DNA of 64,000 bases from the human T2T-CHM13v2.0 reference genome, Homo sapiens. The notes beneath the pieces are model-generated. The model was not told the origin of the DNA, did no database searches, and saw only the letters and a program-made list of their open reading frames with translations. The stretch lies in assembly GCF_009914755.1 (NCBI RefSeq), contig NC_060942.1. One strand, written 5' to 3'. The position numbers were made by a program, and so were the translations under genes. Within the stretch, counting starts at the first letter, position 1. Every line of letters begins with the position of its first letter. Shown here piece after piece: positions 1-14,262 of the stretch.

Positions 1-1464
1 ACAGTGGTTTCTAGATTGTGGTTTTCAATAGAATCAGTGTATTCCAAGGTTAAGTGACCATTGTCACAATCATTTTGCTATAAAATAGATGGATTATTCT
101 GGAGGGATATTACATAGCACCATGTGTGAACAGATTACTCTATATTCTTCATTTATTTACTTGACCAGAAGTAGACTTCTGGTCAAGGTCATAAAATAGG
201 AAGGCAAATCTATAAGTTTTTCTGACATTTTGCCAGAAAAGCTTAACAAATAACTTTTGTTCTTCTATAACCAGGATATGTGCAATTCAATTTTAAGAGG
301 AAACATTTATTTTCCCAGGAGAAGCAATCCAGTATCTTCAACTTGCCACCAATGTTAATTTCTCTTTTGCGTATGTTGTCATATCAGGTGCATAGCTTTG
401 GTCCCTGTCAGGCGCATAGCTTTGGAAAGTTTGTCAATAGTTAGATCATCGTTGGAATGATAGATTAACTTGTGAACTCATGAACAGACTTCATCACTGC
501 CACTGTGATCATTCTATTCATAAGCCTTTTTGTCACCGCTGGGATGACCAGCAAGAGACATTGATTTACTTCAACTGAGTCTTTCTTTTGTTTATTTGGC
601 TGTGTTGCATGTCATTTTTAGTACATGCTTTCCCATGGTTTGAAACAGCATAAAAACATATTTCTGCTTGCTTCTCATTCTAATAGATACATCTTTATGT
701 CTCTTACCCAGAGCTCTTTATCTCCAGTTTTCTAATCTTTCTACTTCCAAACAGCTAAAAAGCAGCATTTCAAATTTCAGATTTTTGAATTGGGGATACT
801 CAACCTTTAAGAATATAATTAATGTTTACTTTTAAGTACTGTACTTAATTTGTCACATACCAGTGAAAAACGTTGGACCACCCTCAATTCACTGCTGTAG
901 AGATTGCCAGTTTTAATTTACTTTATTACATTCATCTGGTGTAGTCCGACATGTTGCTCTATTCTTTTAAAATTTTCTGGAAGTTGATTGGTTGCACAGC
1001 CTTGCTCTGTTCCAAGTATGACATTTTGCCAGAAAAACCTAACAAGTAAGTTTTGTTCTTCTATCATGAGATATACAATGCTTAGGCAACTATTTTTTGT
1101 GTAGTTAGTAGCCATTGATATTCAGTATTTAGACCTTTCAATTTATCACAGTTGTAAAAAGGTTCACTCATTAATTTTAATTAATGATTCACTCATTAAT
1201 TTTAATTAATGAGAAATACTTCTGTAAGTTACTGTTTAGTTTGCCCAATGGTACATTTTTTTTACAATGATGTACAAGAAATGTTGAATTTATTTGTCTT
1301 ATAGACTACTTTTTAAAAATCATGAGTTGGTTCCCAGTTTCCTGAAAAGTTGAACAATTAGTTTATGTGCGTATAATAATGAATGAGTGGATTTAAATAG
1401 CTTTAAAATGGCTTGATCAATAGTATTTTATCTTTATTGAAGCCCAAAATATTTTATCTTCATT

Positions 1465-1771
1465 TATTTATCTCAGTTCTGCAGGCAGAAAAGTCCAAAA
1501 GCAAGGCATTAGCATCTGGTGTGGCATTAGCAAGGGCCTTCTTTCTGCATCTAAACATGGCAGAAGGACAAGCTCTGAAGCTTTCCTAATTCTGCATGAA
1601 ACCTGTTTTATAAGGGCCTTAATCCTATTAATAAGGAAGGCGCCTTCATGGCCTAACCACCTCTTAAATACTCTACTTCTTAATACTATCACATTGGCAA
1701 CCCCTGAATTTCAGAGAGAATTAACTTTCAACATGAATTTGGAAGGAGATAAAAGCATTCAAACCATAGCA
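1465..1771 (-). mobile_element. MaLR LTR fragment (MST/MLT1A-like)
   Basis: Typical motifs: aagtccaa..caaggc..agcatctggtg, aatactatcacattgg, tttcaacatgaatttgg, and terminal attcaaaccatagca. Confidence 0.75.
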
Positions 1772-1894
1772 CACTTCTTACTTTCTTCTTGGCCCATATC
1801 TAAATTCAGCCATTAATCCAAGAAGCTTTAGTTCTTTGGTGGGAAATCGTATTTCAAGATCACAACCAAAGTGGTAACAATGCTCATTTATTCA

Positions 1895-2000
1895 ATTCTA
1901 TCTGCAACTCTAATTCCCTTTTTCCAAGTAACATAACATATGCACAGATTCCAGGTATTAGGACATGGACATCTTCATGGGGCCATTATTCTATCACAAT
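1895..2000 (-). mobile_element. MLT1-type LTR fragment
   Basis: acagattccaggtattaggacatggacatct..ggggccattattct is a characteristic MLT1 end. Confidence 0.6.
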
Positions 2001-2201
2001 GTTCTTGTGTATTTTGGTCACATCTCTCAAGAAAGACATAGTTGTTTATTAATGCTCTGTTATAAAAGTCACACATTCTTCTACAGGTTGACAATTTTTT
2101 TTTATTTCAAAAGAGTCTGTTATAGCTTCAGTGTAGATCATTTTCTTGAAAATACAAAATGATGGTTTTATTATCTTTTCTCAAGAATTTGTTTCTGTTT
2201 T

Positions 2202-2745
2202 TTTAATTAATTAATTTATTTTTTATTATACTTTAAGTTCTAGGGTACATGTGCACAACGTGCAGGTTTGCTACATATGTATACATGTGCCATGTTGGTG
2301 TGCTGCACCCATTAACTCGTCATTTACATTAGGTATATCTCCTAATGCTATCCCTGCCCCCTCCGCCCACCCCATGACAGGCCCTGGTGTGTTGTTCAAT
2401 TCCCGCAGCCAACAGACACATGAAAAAATGCACATCATCACTGGCCATCAGAGAAATGCAAATTAAAACCACAATGGGATACCATCTCACACCAGTTAGA
2501 ATGGCGATCATTAAAAAATCAGGAAACAACAGGTGCTGGAGAGAATGTGGAGAAATAGGAAGACTTTTACACTGTTGGTAGGACTGTAAACTAGTTCAAC
2601 CATTGTGGAAGACAGTGTGGCAATTCCTCAAAGATCTATAACCAGAAATACCATTTGACCCAGCCATCTCATTACTGGGTATATAACCAAAGGATTATAA
2701 ATCATGCTGCTATAAAGACAAATGCACACGTATGTTTATTGCGGC
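2202..2745 (-). mobile_element. Short primate L1 (L1PA4/5-like) with 5' inversion
   Basis: 2202-2404 is the L1 3'UTR/poly(A) on the minus strand; 2405-2745 is the ORF2 C-terminal region on the plus strand ([23 protein letters not shown]). Confidence 0.92.
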
Positions 2746-3289
2746 TTTATTGTTTTTGTATTTTATAATTTATTTCTAGAGTTCCATTTGTTTGGGTTTA
2801 TGTCAAGGTAATATTTACTGAGTTATATGTTATAGATATAATCCTTACCACTCTTCAACCTATTCATAAAGCTTTAAATTTTATGCTTATCGTTGGAGTT
2901 AATTTGTACTTACAATCTTAATTGATATCTATGTAATTTTCTCACTTTATTTTATTATTTTAGGTTTTTGTGGTAATTATTTTATTACTGTTATTGTTTT
3001 ATTAGTGTTAATTCAACGTTATAAAAACAGCTTAATAAAATAAAAATGATACTTTCTACCATTAACATCATTCCCTTACTCATATAACTATTTCCTATTT
3101 TATGTGTAGTTTCTAGAAAGCCATCCAAAAGCTGTTCTTACTCAAGCTAGAGCCACTATGACAAGGTATAATCGGTCTAGTAATATGTCTAAACTTTGTT
3201 GTCAGAAACTTGGCCATATGGAGAAGGAATGGTATGGTTGCATCTGAAGACTTGGAGACCTGAGAATACATTATTACAGTAATGCAGGT

Positions 3290-3750
3290 GAAAAGCAAGA
3301 CACTCCTGGAAATAGAATAAAAAGAGAACAGATGAAAAATACTCTAGAGATCAAAGTGGCATGATTTCATGACTTATTGGATACATGAAGAGGAAAGGAA
3401 GACAAAGATCATTCTTAGTACCTACTTCAGTGATGGTGCCTTCTCAAAAATAAGGTCAGAGGAAGAGCAGGCTTTTTTATTATTATTATTAGATTAGTTA
3501 AATTAGGGACATTCAGGCTGTGATGCTTATGATAATCTCAATGTGAAATATGAATTTGGGAATCATTATAGATTCAACCCATAAAAACAATTAAGATTAC
3601 CCAAGGAGAGCAAGTGGAGGGAGAAGAGAAACAAGGAGGGAATCTTAAGGAACATGAATATTTAAGCTATGGAAAGAACAGAGGCAATGTGGAAAATCAA
3701 ATACAGAGCAGACTGTCAGGTTGGCATACTCTATTGGAGGCAAAAATCAG
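3290..3750 (-). mobile_element. L2 fragment (degenerate)
   Basis: Purine-rich, L2-antisense-like sequence (gtgatggtgccttctc, gaatttgggaatcatt, agattacccaaggagag). Confidence 0.45.
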
Positions 3751-6322
3751 AAAAACAAATTCCAGTAGATGGGATTTTCTATTTCACATATTTCAGCTAG
3801 GTCAAGTAACTTGAAAATTGAAATGCAATTATAGAAGTTGGTAACGCTTGGGAGCTATGGATTTTCTAATGCTCAGAAGATGGGCTTAGAAAATCCAAGT
3901 TAACGTGTCCAAGATTAAACAGCCAAAGTGTTGACAATTATTAATTTTAGCTAAGAATATTTGATTTCTCAATCTTAAACAATACAGTTTAAATAAAGTA
4001 AAAAAAATTAAATAAACAAAATACCAACATAAATTACTGATAAAGACTTTCTGGTTCTTCTGATGGAAAACATTCTAAATTTGAAACCTTTATAAAAAAA
4101 CAATTAGAGGAAAAATATTTTTTTCATAAAAACTGTTAGTATCTGCATGTAAAAACAGCAAAAGCAAACTTAAAGGAAATATAATATATTAAATGTTATT
4201 CTTGATACCTGTAAATTTTAATTTCAGATGTACTAAGCTTCTATCAATTTTTCTTAAAAACACATATGATGACTCAGAAACACCAAATATCATAATACTG
4301 AAAACTATAAAATATTACAATAATCTGAAAAGAAGTACAAGACCTATGGGGCTGAATTGAGAATTACAATTGGCAGCTGGCATGAGCTTTTACAATTCAA
4401 GCAGATGGTATAGATATGCTTTGGTCCTGTGCCACAACCTCCCCCTGGTAAGAGACCAGAATCTATGCCAACAGAAAACTTGGAAGCTGCCCTCCTACTG
4501 CACAGACATAAGATTTTTAGGGGATAATAGTATACCTGATTTCCTGTTGCTACACTGCTGTCAAGTACCTCTCATAATATATAATGTAAGGTTTTAAAAA
4601 ATAGAATGAGGACAGAGAGTCGGAGATTGATATATCTTGTAATATACAGGATATATATATGCAGGATATATAACCAAATGTGTTAAATTCCGTTGGCAAG
4701 GTCACCAACAGAGCTGCCACTATTCATGTCTATTAAGGAGTATACATATTTTTGAATTATTTTAATTACCATAGTGTCAAATAAAGTAGTCATGACTCTT
4801 TAAGACTATTATAGCTCAGTCAAGTGGAATCATATTACATAAGTATTTTCCAGCCCATGAAATGGGTCCAGAAGCTGTACCATCAACCTGATGTATACAA
4901 ATCAATAAGCTGAGATTTGCTTGCTTTTTTCCTCTCCACTAAACAGGTTGGTATTTCAGCTTTCTGTTTAGAAAGCAAACAAATGCTATAAAGTGGCATA
5001 TATTAAAGTGGTCTTCCTTATTCCACAGGCTTCAATTATGCAAAACTTTGCCAACTGGTTGCTTAAATACATAAGCAAAAGACTTCATCCCAGAAATTAT
5101 TTTCTAATACTATCTAAGAAGTATACTCAATGGAGAGTGAGAAAACCCACTGTATGCCATAACATGTTTTTTTTCTAGAAACAATAAACAGGCTAGACAA
5201 CTCTTTATTCCAAAATAAATAAACAGAATCAAAAATAAAAATAAGACTTTTTAAAAAAAAGTGCAGAACAATGAATAACAGTAAAAATTGCTTTGAGAGT
5301 CAAAGACTTTTCTTCCAAAGGCAGCTTAATTCTCTGAAATCATAAACTCAGATATCCTTTAAAATCTCATAGTTCAGATCATCCAACTATTCAATACCAC
5401 TATTACCTTTATTTTGCTTTTCAACATTACTGACACCTCTAAACCCTGACCTCCTCTTCTTTATTTCTCTCGACTTCTTTTTTTGTTACTTCCAATCCAG
5501 CACAAACTCCAGAGTCTCATCCTTGATTATATGCTTGTGAATATCCTCAGCTTTTCTTCTCCATCTTGTTCTACAATAGCTATTGCCCCCTGGAAGAAGT
5601 TCAAAGTTGGATAGACCCAATGTGAGTTCCCTAAACCTATGCTAGGTCTTCTGAGCTATGGTAGAAAAAAAAAAAAGTAGCCATTATAAAAATAAAGGGA
5701 AATTTTATTTTATTTTCTTCAGAATTTTACTACAAGATGCTCATCAACTTGCCCTTTTGGAGCTGGTATTATTTTCTTACAATAAATATGTACTATATTA
5801 GAAAGTGAACAGGATAAAATAAAAGTAAAGCAAGTTAAGGAAAGTGAGAAATTTTAAACAGAGACTTATAATTTAAAATGGTTGGAAGGATATACCTAAT
5901 TGAGGAAGTAACAATTGAGACTATATTTGAGGGAAGTAATGAATCTATTTATTTAACTAAGAGATGTACAGGAAAGAAGAGCCCCTAGTAGGAACCTAAT
6001 ATATGCACACCTTCTAATACCTAAGTGATGATAGCTGTAATAATCTTGTTTCTGGTATAGTTTAAAAGCATAATCATGGTGTAAAAATAGTGCATACCTT
6101 AAAAGAATATTTAGATATTTCACCAGAAACAATGTAATTTATCTACCAACACTAAAATGTGTAATCTGCTTTGTAATAAAATATATCATAATAAAAAGAG
6201 AATCTATCCTTTTAAAAATGCAGTAAATACATTTCTTTTATTCAAAATTGTTTAATAAACTTTAAAAGAATAAAATATAAATTTCAGAGTTAGAAGTTGT
6301 TATATACAAAGAGCAATAATCA

Positions 6323-8631
6323 GGAATGACATCAACAAGATGGTTGACTAGAGGTGCTGAATGTTCACCCCGCCCAACACACACAAATAACACAATCTGC
6401 ACTAAAGTAGCTGAAGGAGAACGTTGGAGTACTTCAGGGGAGTGGCAGAGACCCTATGGAGCATGGAGACTCAAGATAGTTGTATAAAAAAGGGAGCAAA
6501 CACCCTGATTTTGCCACCCCATCTGCCCGGTTGGGATCAGCTTAGAACCAAAAGAGAATTTCTGTGCAGGTAAAAGGTAAGTAGGAGGCCCATAGCAACC
6601 CCCGTTATAGCTGAGAATACCTGTAGTCTTTGCTGTTGAAGAGCCCTGCAGTCTTCACAGTCCCTGAGCTCAGTGTAGAGAGTAGCCTGGAATTCATACA
6701 GCTGTGTTATTCCAAAGAAGAGGCCCATGTTGTACCTGGCTTCAGGGGCCAATAGCCACTACATCTCCCCTTCCCTGAGGCTCTGCTGCCACTTCACTGT
6801 GTTGACACATGGAAACACACCATTCCTCAGCTGAGCAACTATAGCTTCCTACTCCCTGAGAATGTACTGCCTAGGAGGCAATCCATCTTTCCCAACCCAG
6901 TGACTGCAGTGCCCCAGCCCTGGCTACTCAGAGCCTAGGCCCAGAAGAACAGCTGTAACCCACTGCCCAATCCCACATGTTACCATGCCTGTCAAGGCAT
7001 GTTGTGGGGAGGCTGCTCTCAATCCAGCAGAGCAGCCCCTTAATGACTGCCTCCAGTAGGAGGCAGCAACCTAGCCAGTGAAGAAGTCCCCTTGCAACCT
7101 TGGCATACAGAACAGCCCAGCTTCCCCACTGTCAGAAGAAAGATCATGCCCAACCTAGTAGAGAAGCCACACAAATTTCTACAGCCTAGACAACTGAGGT
7201 AATTGCATCCAGTTGACTACAACTGAAGAAATTCACAGACTGCACTACTGTGCTCAACCAGAACCAAAGCAAAGTAATCTTCCCCAACTGACACCTTGTC
7301 TGCAGGCAAAAATATTTACCTATGAGAGCCACCCTATAAAATTGGTATAGGAGACCATTCCATTAGATGCTGAGATATCAACACGTTGATGTCAGAAACC
7401 TGAAAAGTCAAGAAAAATGACACCATCAAAGAAGTCAATAAATCTCCAGTAAAACCGCCAAAATGGAAATGTTCAACTTCTGTGACAAAGAATTTAAAAT
7501 AATAAACTTTAAAAATGTCAGTGAGATGAAAGAGAATACAGATAAACTATTCAACAAAATCTGGAAAACAATTCAGGAGCTGAATAAGAAAATCAGCAAA
7601 GATATAGATAATCCAAGCAAAACAGAAATGCAAACAAAAATCTTGGAGTTGAAGACTTCAATTAATGAAATAAAAAGTTATATTTACAGCTTCAGTAGCA
7701 GACTAGATAAAGTAGAAGAAAAGAAGAAAAAAAAATTAACTAGAAGGATTTTTTTTGGAATATTCTAATCAGAGGAAATATATTTTAAAAATAATTAAAA
7801 AGAGTAGAGAAACACTACAAGACTAATAGGATGCCATTAAGCAAACAGAGGTTTGCATATGTTAATTAAGGAGGGAGAAGATACAGAAAATATCACAGAA
7901 CGCTTAATAAACAAAATAAAAGCTGAAAACTTTCCAAGTCTTGGGACAGATGAATCTTCAAATTCATGAAGTTCAATGACCCCAGTTAGATTCAGCCTGA
8001 AAAGTCCTCTCTAGGGCACATTACAATAAATCTGTCAAAAGTTAAATACAAAAAAAGAATTCTAACATCAGTAAGAAAAATGTGACAAGTTGCAAAAAAG
8101 AGATCTGCCATTGGAACATCAGAAGATTTCTCAGCAGAATTCTTGTAGGCCAGGAGAGAATGGAATGATATATCCAATGTACTGGAGAATAAACCTAGGA
8201 GACATTATATTAAGTGAAATATGTCAAGTATGAAAAAATAAATATTGCATAAACTTACTCATTTTAGGAATCAAAAAATCTGGTATCATAGAAGTAAAGA
8301 GTAGAACAGTGGTTACCAGAGGCTAAGAAGGGTAATAGAAAGGTGGGAGAAGGGGAGAGATTGATCAATGGGCATAAGAAGAATCAGCTCTGGTGTTCTA
8401 TTGCATAGTAGAGTGGCAATAGTTAACAATATCATATATTTCAAGATAACTATAAGAGAGGATTTTGAATGTTCTCACCACAAATAAATGATAAATATTT
8501 GAGCTGATGTATGTGCTAAATACCCTTATTTGATCATTACACCAGGTATACATGTATTGAAACATCACACTGTACCCCATACATATGCACAATTATTATG
8601 TGTCAATTAAAAATAAAATAAAACTTTTTAA
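6323..8631 (+). mobile_element. Old L1 (L1M/L1MA-like): 5'UTR + decayed ORF1 joined directly to the ORF2 end/3'UTR
   Basis: 5' start gacatcaacaagatggttgactagag; ORF1 coiled-coil remnant (ORF 7463-7768, DKEFKII..ILELKTSINEIK); L1MA-type 3' end 8190-8625 ending in an A-rich tail. Confidence 0.85.
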
Positions 8632-8949
8632 AAAGAGTAATAGTTAAATGTCTCTAAAAAACTTTTCACTTTTAAAGGATATAGTAGCTACAAATTTTTC
8701 CTTTTATTTAAATAATTTTGTATAACTGAATATTTATATTTTACTTACATTTTTAGTTTAATTTTGTATGTTTAATTTCTTAAGCATAATGTATGTATGA
8801 TATTATTGTGTATCATTATTGTACTTCAGTTCTTAAACTAAATACATAAAGACTAGGAATATGTGAGATCAAATGTTTACAAACTACTGATTTTTTTTTA
8901 TCAATGAAATTATTCCTATTGTAACATTTTTATTAAAAAATAATTGGAG

Positions 8950-9228
8950 GGCTGGGCATGGTGGCTCACACCTGTAATAACAGAACTTTGGAAGGCTGAG
9001 GCAGGCAGATTGCTTGAGCCAAGGAGCTTGAGACAAGCCTGGGCAACATGGCAAAAAAAACATCTCTACAAAAATACAAAAATTAGCTGGGCATGGTGGC
9101 AGGTGCTGGTAGTCGCAGCTACTCAGGAAGCTGAAGTGAAAAAATTATGGGAGCCCTAGGCGGTCAGGGCTGCAGTGAACTGTGATCATGTCACTGCGCT
9201 CCAGCCTGGGCAGCAGAGTCAGATCCTG

Positions 9229-9229
<1 letters not shown>
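8950..9229 (+). mobile_element. AluJ
   Basis: Diverged dimeric Alu (gattgcttgagcc, ggctgcagtga); the tail has become (CA)n. Confidence 0.9.

Positions 9230-9283
<54 letters not shown>
9230..9283. repeat. (CA)n microsatellite
   Basis: About 27 uninterrupted CA units. Confidence 0.98.
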
Positions 9284-9288
<5 letters not shown>

Positions 9289-9292
9289 TGGA

Positions 9293-9898
<606 letters not shown>

Positions 9899-9970
<72 letters not shown>
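9899..9970. repeat. Compound (CT)n(CA)n microsatellite
   Basis: Directly visible. Confidence 0.97.
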
Positions 9971-9975
<5 letters not shown>

Positions 9976-10907
9976 TAGATACCTACTCATAAATTTAAAT
10001 GTCAACAAATTTTGCAAATTAGAAGAAACTGAGACTACATTTAAAAATCCCACATTTATAAAAATTGAATTTCATATTACAATTGTTTTTTGAATTGACT
10101 GTGGGTGTACTGAGTGGTTAGAAGGAATGGGAAAAATGCACCCACTATGAAGCCTTAGAAATAAGAAGTAGGAGTACCATCTGCTTTAGAGAAAATTATT
10201 CTTCATCCATTAGTTAAATGTTTGTAAGCATTGTACTAATTTCTCAAAAGTTGTCTGTGTTGCTTAAAGTAAATGTCATTTATGAAATCAAATATAAATA
10301 TTCATAAATGAAATGTGTGGCTATATACAATATTGATTTTTTTGCTGGAAAAGATCCTAATTAAAATGGAGCATTGTTAAAAGAATAGCAAAATCTTAAA
10401 AAAAGAGAAATATTCAATTGTCTATTAAATAATGGCACTAAAAGAGAGATCATTAATTTGAATACTCTCTTGTGTCGTGAATGCAGAATGTTTTTAGTCA
10501 AAAAATAAGTTAAAAGTTCTTGTGAAACTTAGAGATTCAGAGAGATGGTTAATAGTTTGCCTATTTATCTTAAATATTATTTTTAACACAGAAGAATGTA
10601 GCAAATGTATTTGAGACTGAACTGAAGCTAATTATTCAATATTATTTTCTTTCAGAATAAAAATATACCTTTTTTCATTTATGGTAAGTGATAACGCTAT
10701 AAAAATTCTATAGTGTATAAAACCTCTTAATGAAATGACTGAAAATCTAGGGGTTTGGTCTCTGATATACCAAATACGAATACAACTGACTGAATTGTTC
10801 AATTTTTGCTTAAATATTTTACCTTTACCTAAAACTGCCCTAAGTTAATAAGTTGCTTGTATTATATCCCACTGTATGCTATCTTAAAATTTGAGCTTGA
10901 TTCTGTC

Positions 10908-11420
10908 ATAAAGACACGTGTGCTTAAATGTTCATTGCAGCGCTGTTCACAATAGCAAAGACATGGAATCAACCTAAATGCCCATCAATGACAGGCTGAA
11001 TAAAGAAAATGTGGTATATATACACCATGTGATACATATGCCATGGTGTATTATGCAGCCATAAAAAAGACCAAGATCATGTCTTTTGCAAGAACATGGA
11101 TGGAGCTGGAGGCTACCATCCTTAGCAAACTAATGCAGGAACAGAAAACCAAATACCGCATGTTCTCCCTTGTAAGTGGGAGCTAAATGATAAGAACATA
11201 TGAACACAAAGAAAACAACGAACACTGGGGTCTACTCGATGGAGGGGTGTGGGAGGAGACAGAGGAGCAGAAAAAATAACTATTGGGTACTGAGTTTAAT
11301 ACCTGGGTGACGAAATAATATGTACAACAAACCCCCCTGACATATGTTTATCTATGTAACAAACCTTCACATGTACCTCCAAACCTAAAATTAAAAAAAT
11401 TAAAAATAAGTAAATAAATA
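10908..11420 (+). mobile_element. 5'-truncated L1 3' end (L1PA15/16-like)
   Basis: ORF2 end and 3'UTR (agaggagcagaaaaaataactattgggtac), A-rich tail; candidate TSD aaaatttgagcttgat (~10886) / aaaatttaagctggat (~11420). Confidence 0.88.
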
Positions 11421-11986
11421 AAATTTAAGCTGGATATTTTTGTTTCCAAAATATTTATATTTTACTAGGTATTTTAATATCATATTGTTATGTTTTGTAT
11501 GTACACAAAGTGTATACATGGTGTATACTTACAAGGTACACACCATGTATACATGTAATTCTCTTAAAACAATATTTTTCAGTAGTGTGCTATATTTGGT
11601 TTTAGAAACAAATTTGTTCGGTGTTGATAATTTTCTTTTAATACTTTATCACTTTATTTTTTATCACCCATTTTTAGGGTTTTTTTGTTAAAATGCATTT
11701 AGTGATTTATTTAATTTACTTAATCATTTATTTCACTGAGCAAGTGCATTTATTTTGCTAAAGTCTTTTCTCAATATGAGAATAATTGATGGTATATGAT
11801 TATGTCATCTCAAAAGGTCAAATAGCTTCTAAATAGAATCTTTGAAAGAACACTGCAGGGAATGTCTGAGTGATTGTATAGTTCAGGCTTGACAGAACTG
11901 CTGGCTAAATTTAATGAACCCAGTGTTCTTGTCAAAAGTAAGGAAGCTGAGATGTTGTATATTTCCACAACGTTCATCCATTTTGG

Positions 11987-12074
11987 CTGACACTCACTTA
12001 AACATTGGTTATTTCAATTACACTCTTTGTCTGACACTCACTTAAACATTGGTTATTTCAATTACACTCTTTGT
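11987..12074. repeat. Perfect 44-bp tandem duplication
   Basis: ctgacactcacttaaacattggttatttcaattacactctttgt x2 (11987-12030, 12031-12074). Confidence 0.97.
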
Positions 12075-13248
12075 CTGGCTTGCTTCTCAACCATTTATTT
12101 TCACTAAATTAGCTATTTTAGGTGTGATTTTAGAATTAGTTGTTTAAGTTGAATAAACCCACTAAAGTAGAACTTTTTTACATGTAGACTTAGATATTGA
12201 TAGTGATATGTTTACAGTATTTTAAAAGAAGTTTTTGATTACCTTCAATTATTTTGGATACAGAAATGTAAGTCATTTTGTGGAATTACTCAAAGACGTA
12301 TATTTCATTTCTGATGTCATGTTCAGAGCATTTTAAAAAATGTTTTTAATAAACTCTAATTATTTTTCATGTAATAAAGTATTACTTATTTGCAGAAATA
12401 GATTAGACAGATATATCCAGTTCTCTGCTGCTGCAATACACGTGACTTTACAAATAATAAAGTACTTATATAATATTTAAATAAAATGTATGAGAGTTAA
12501 TGTGCTTTATTGACATTTGACACTCTGGATTAATATAATATGTTTTCAAACTAGAACAAAGTATTTTGGTATTGAGGTCGTTATGAAATGATATTTTTTT
12601 ACAAACTATTGTAGAAATAAATGTTGTTTTATTGTAAAAATTTGGTCTAAATATTCTAAACTTTAAAAACTTCCTATTTTCTTCACTGGAAATCTCTCTT
12701 TGGGATTGGTTTCACATTATCAGTTAAAAACTTTACCTCTCCCTACAAAAAATTAACGTTTTAAAGAGAAAATCTTGATTAATTGAAGCAAAATATCATA
12801 TGTTCCTCATAAATACATATAATGATTATGTATCAATTAAAATAAGATAGGGAGCTGTCTAAGCACCAGTCCCATGGTGAATGTAAATGTAGAAGCATCT
12901 GGTCACTGAGGGGAAGGACAGCAACCTGAGGATATAGTATCTAGATAGAACTTCTTTCCCCAAAAGAAATAAAGACCAAGTCATTATCATAGACAGACTT
13001 GGCACTGCAATGTGTGCTGAGGTAGGAGCTCAGTCACTGATTTTAAGATAAAGGATGTGGAGCTTGTCTTCAAGTACTAAGATGCAAAAATAAAGCTATT
13101 ACTGCAGCAAAGGTGCAAAATTAGGTAATAACAATGAGGTGTCCTTATAGAGATCCTTGGTGATTTCTCTGTCTTTGTATTCTTCCTGCCCAGAGACAGA
13201 ATGAGAGAACAAGCATCTGGTGTGCATAAACTACAATAAAAGATTGTG

Positions 13249-13508
13249 TCCTTTCCTTCCTTCCTCACTTCCTCCCTTCTTTCTTCCCTTCCTCCTTCTG
13301 TTTCTTTCTCTCTCTCTTCCTTCCTTCCTCCCTCCCTCCCTTCCTATCTCTCTTCCTTTTTCCCTTCCTTCTCCCCTCCCTCCTTCCTTCCCTCTCTCCC
13401 TCCCTCCCTTCCTTCCTTCCTCCCTTCCCCTCTCTTTCTTTTTCTTTCTTTCCCCTCCCTCCCTTCTTTCTTTCTTTCCCCTCCCTCCCTTCTTTCTTTC
13501 TTTCTTTC

Positions 13509-13552
<44 letters not shown>

Positions 13553-13612
13553 TCCTTTCTTTCCTTCTTTCTCTTTCTTTCTTTTTTTCTTTCTTTCTTT
13601 CTTTTTCTCTTC
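13249..13612. repeat. Polypyrimidine tract (CCTT/CCCT/CTTT)n
   Basis: About 360 bp, almost purely C/T. Confidence 0.97.
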
Positions 13613-13659
13613 ATTCTATCATGCTATTGATCAATCTGTCTGCCTGCTGGCATGCTTGT

Positions 13660-13714
13660 CCATCTGCCCATCCATTACCCATTCACTCATCCATCCATCC
13701 ATCCATCCATCCTT
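13660..13714. repeat. (CCAT)n repeat
   Basis: Directly visible, degenerate at the 5' side. Confidence 0.85.
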
Positions 13715-13740
13715 CCACAGATACATCTATTTAAAATAAC

Positions 13741-14262
<522 letters not shown>

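Noticed and set aside
1-900. Possible ancient LTR-internal/L1 relic, with an 18-bp near-duplicate at 384-425
   Set aside because: Too degenerate to assign a family by eye.
11987-12074. CRISPR-like direct repeats
   Set aside because: Only two abutting copies, no spacers, eukaryotic context; no CRISPR array anywhere in the window.
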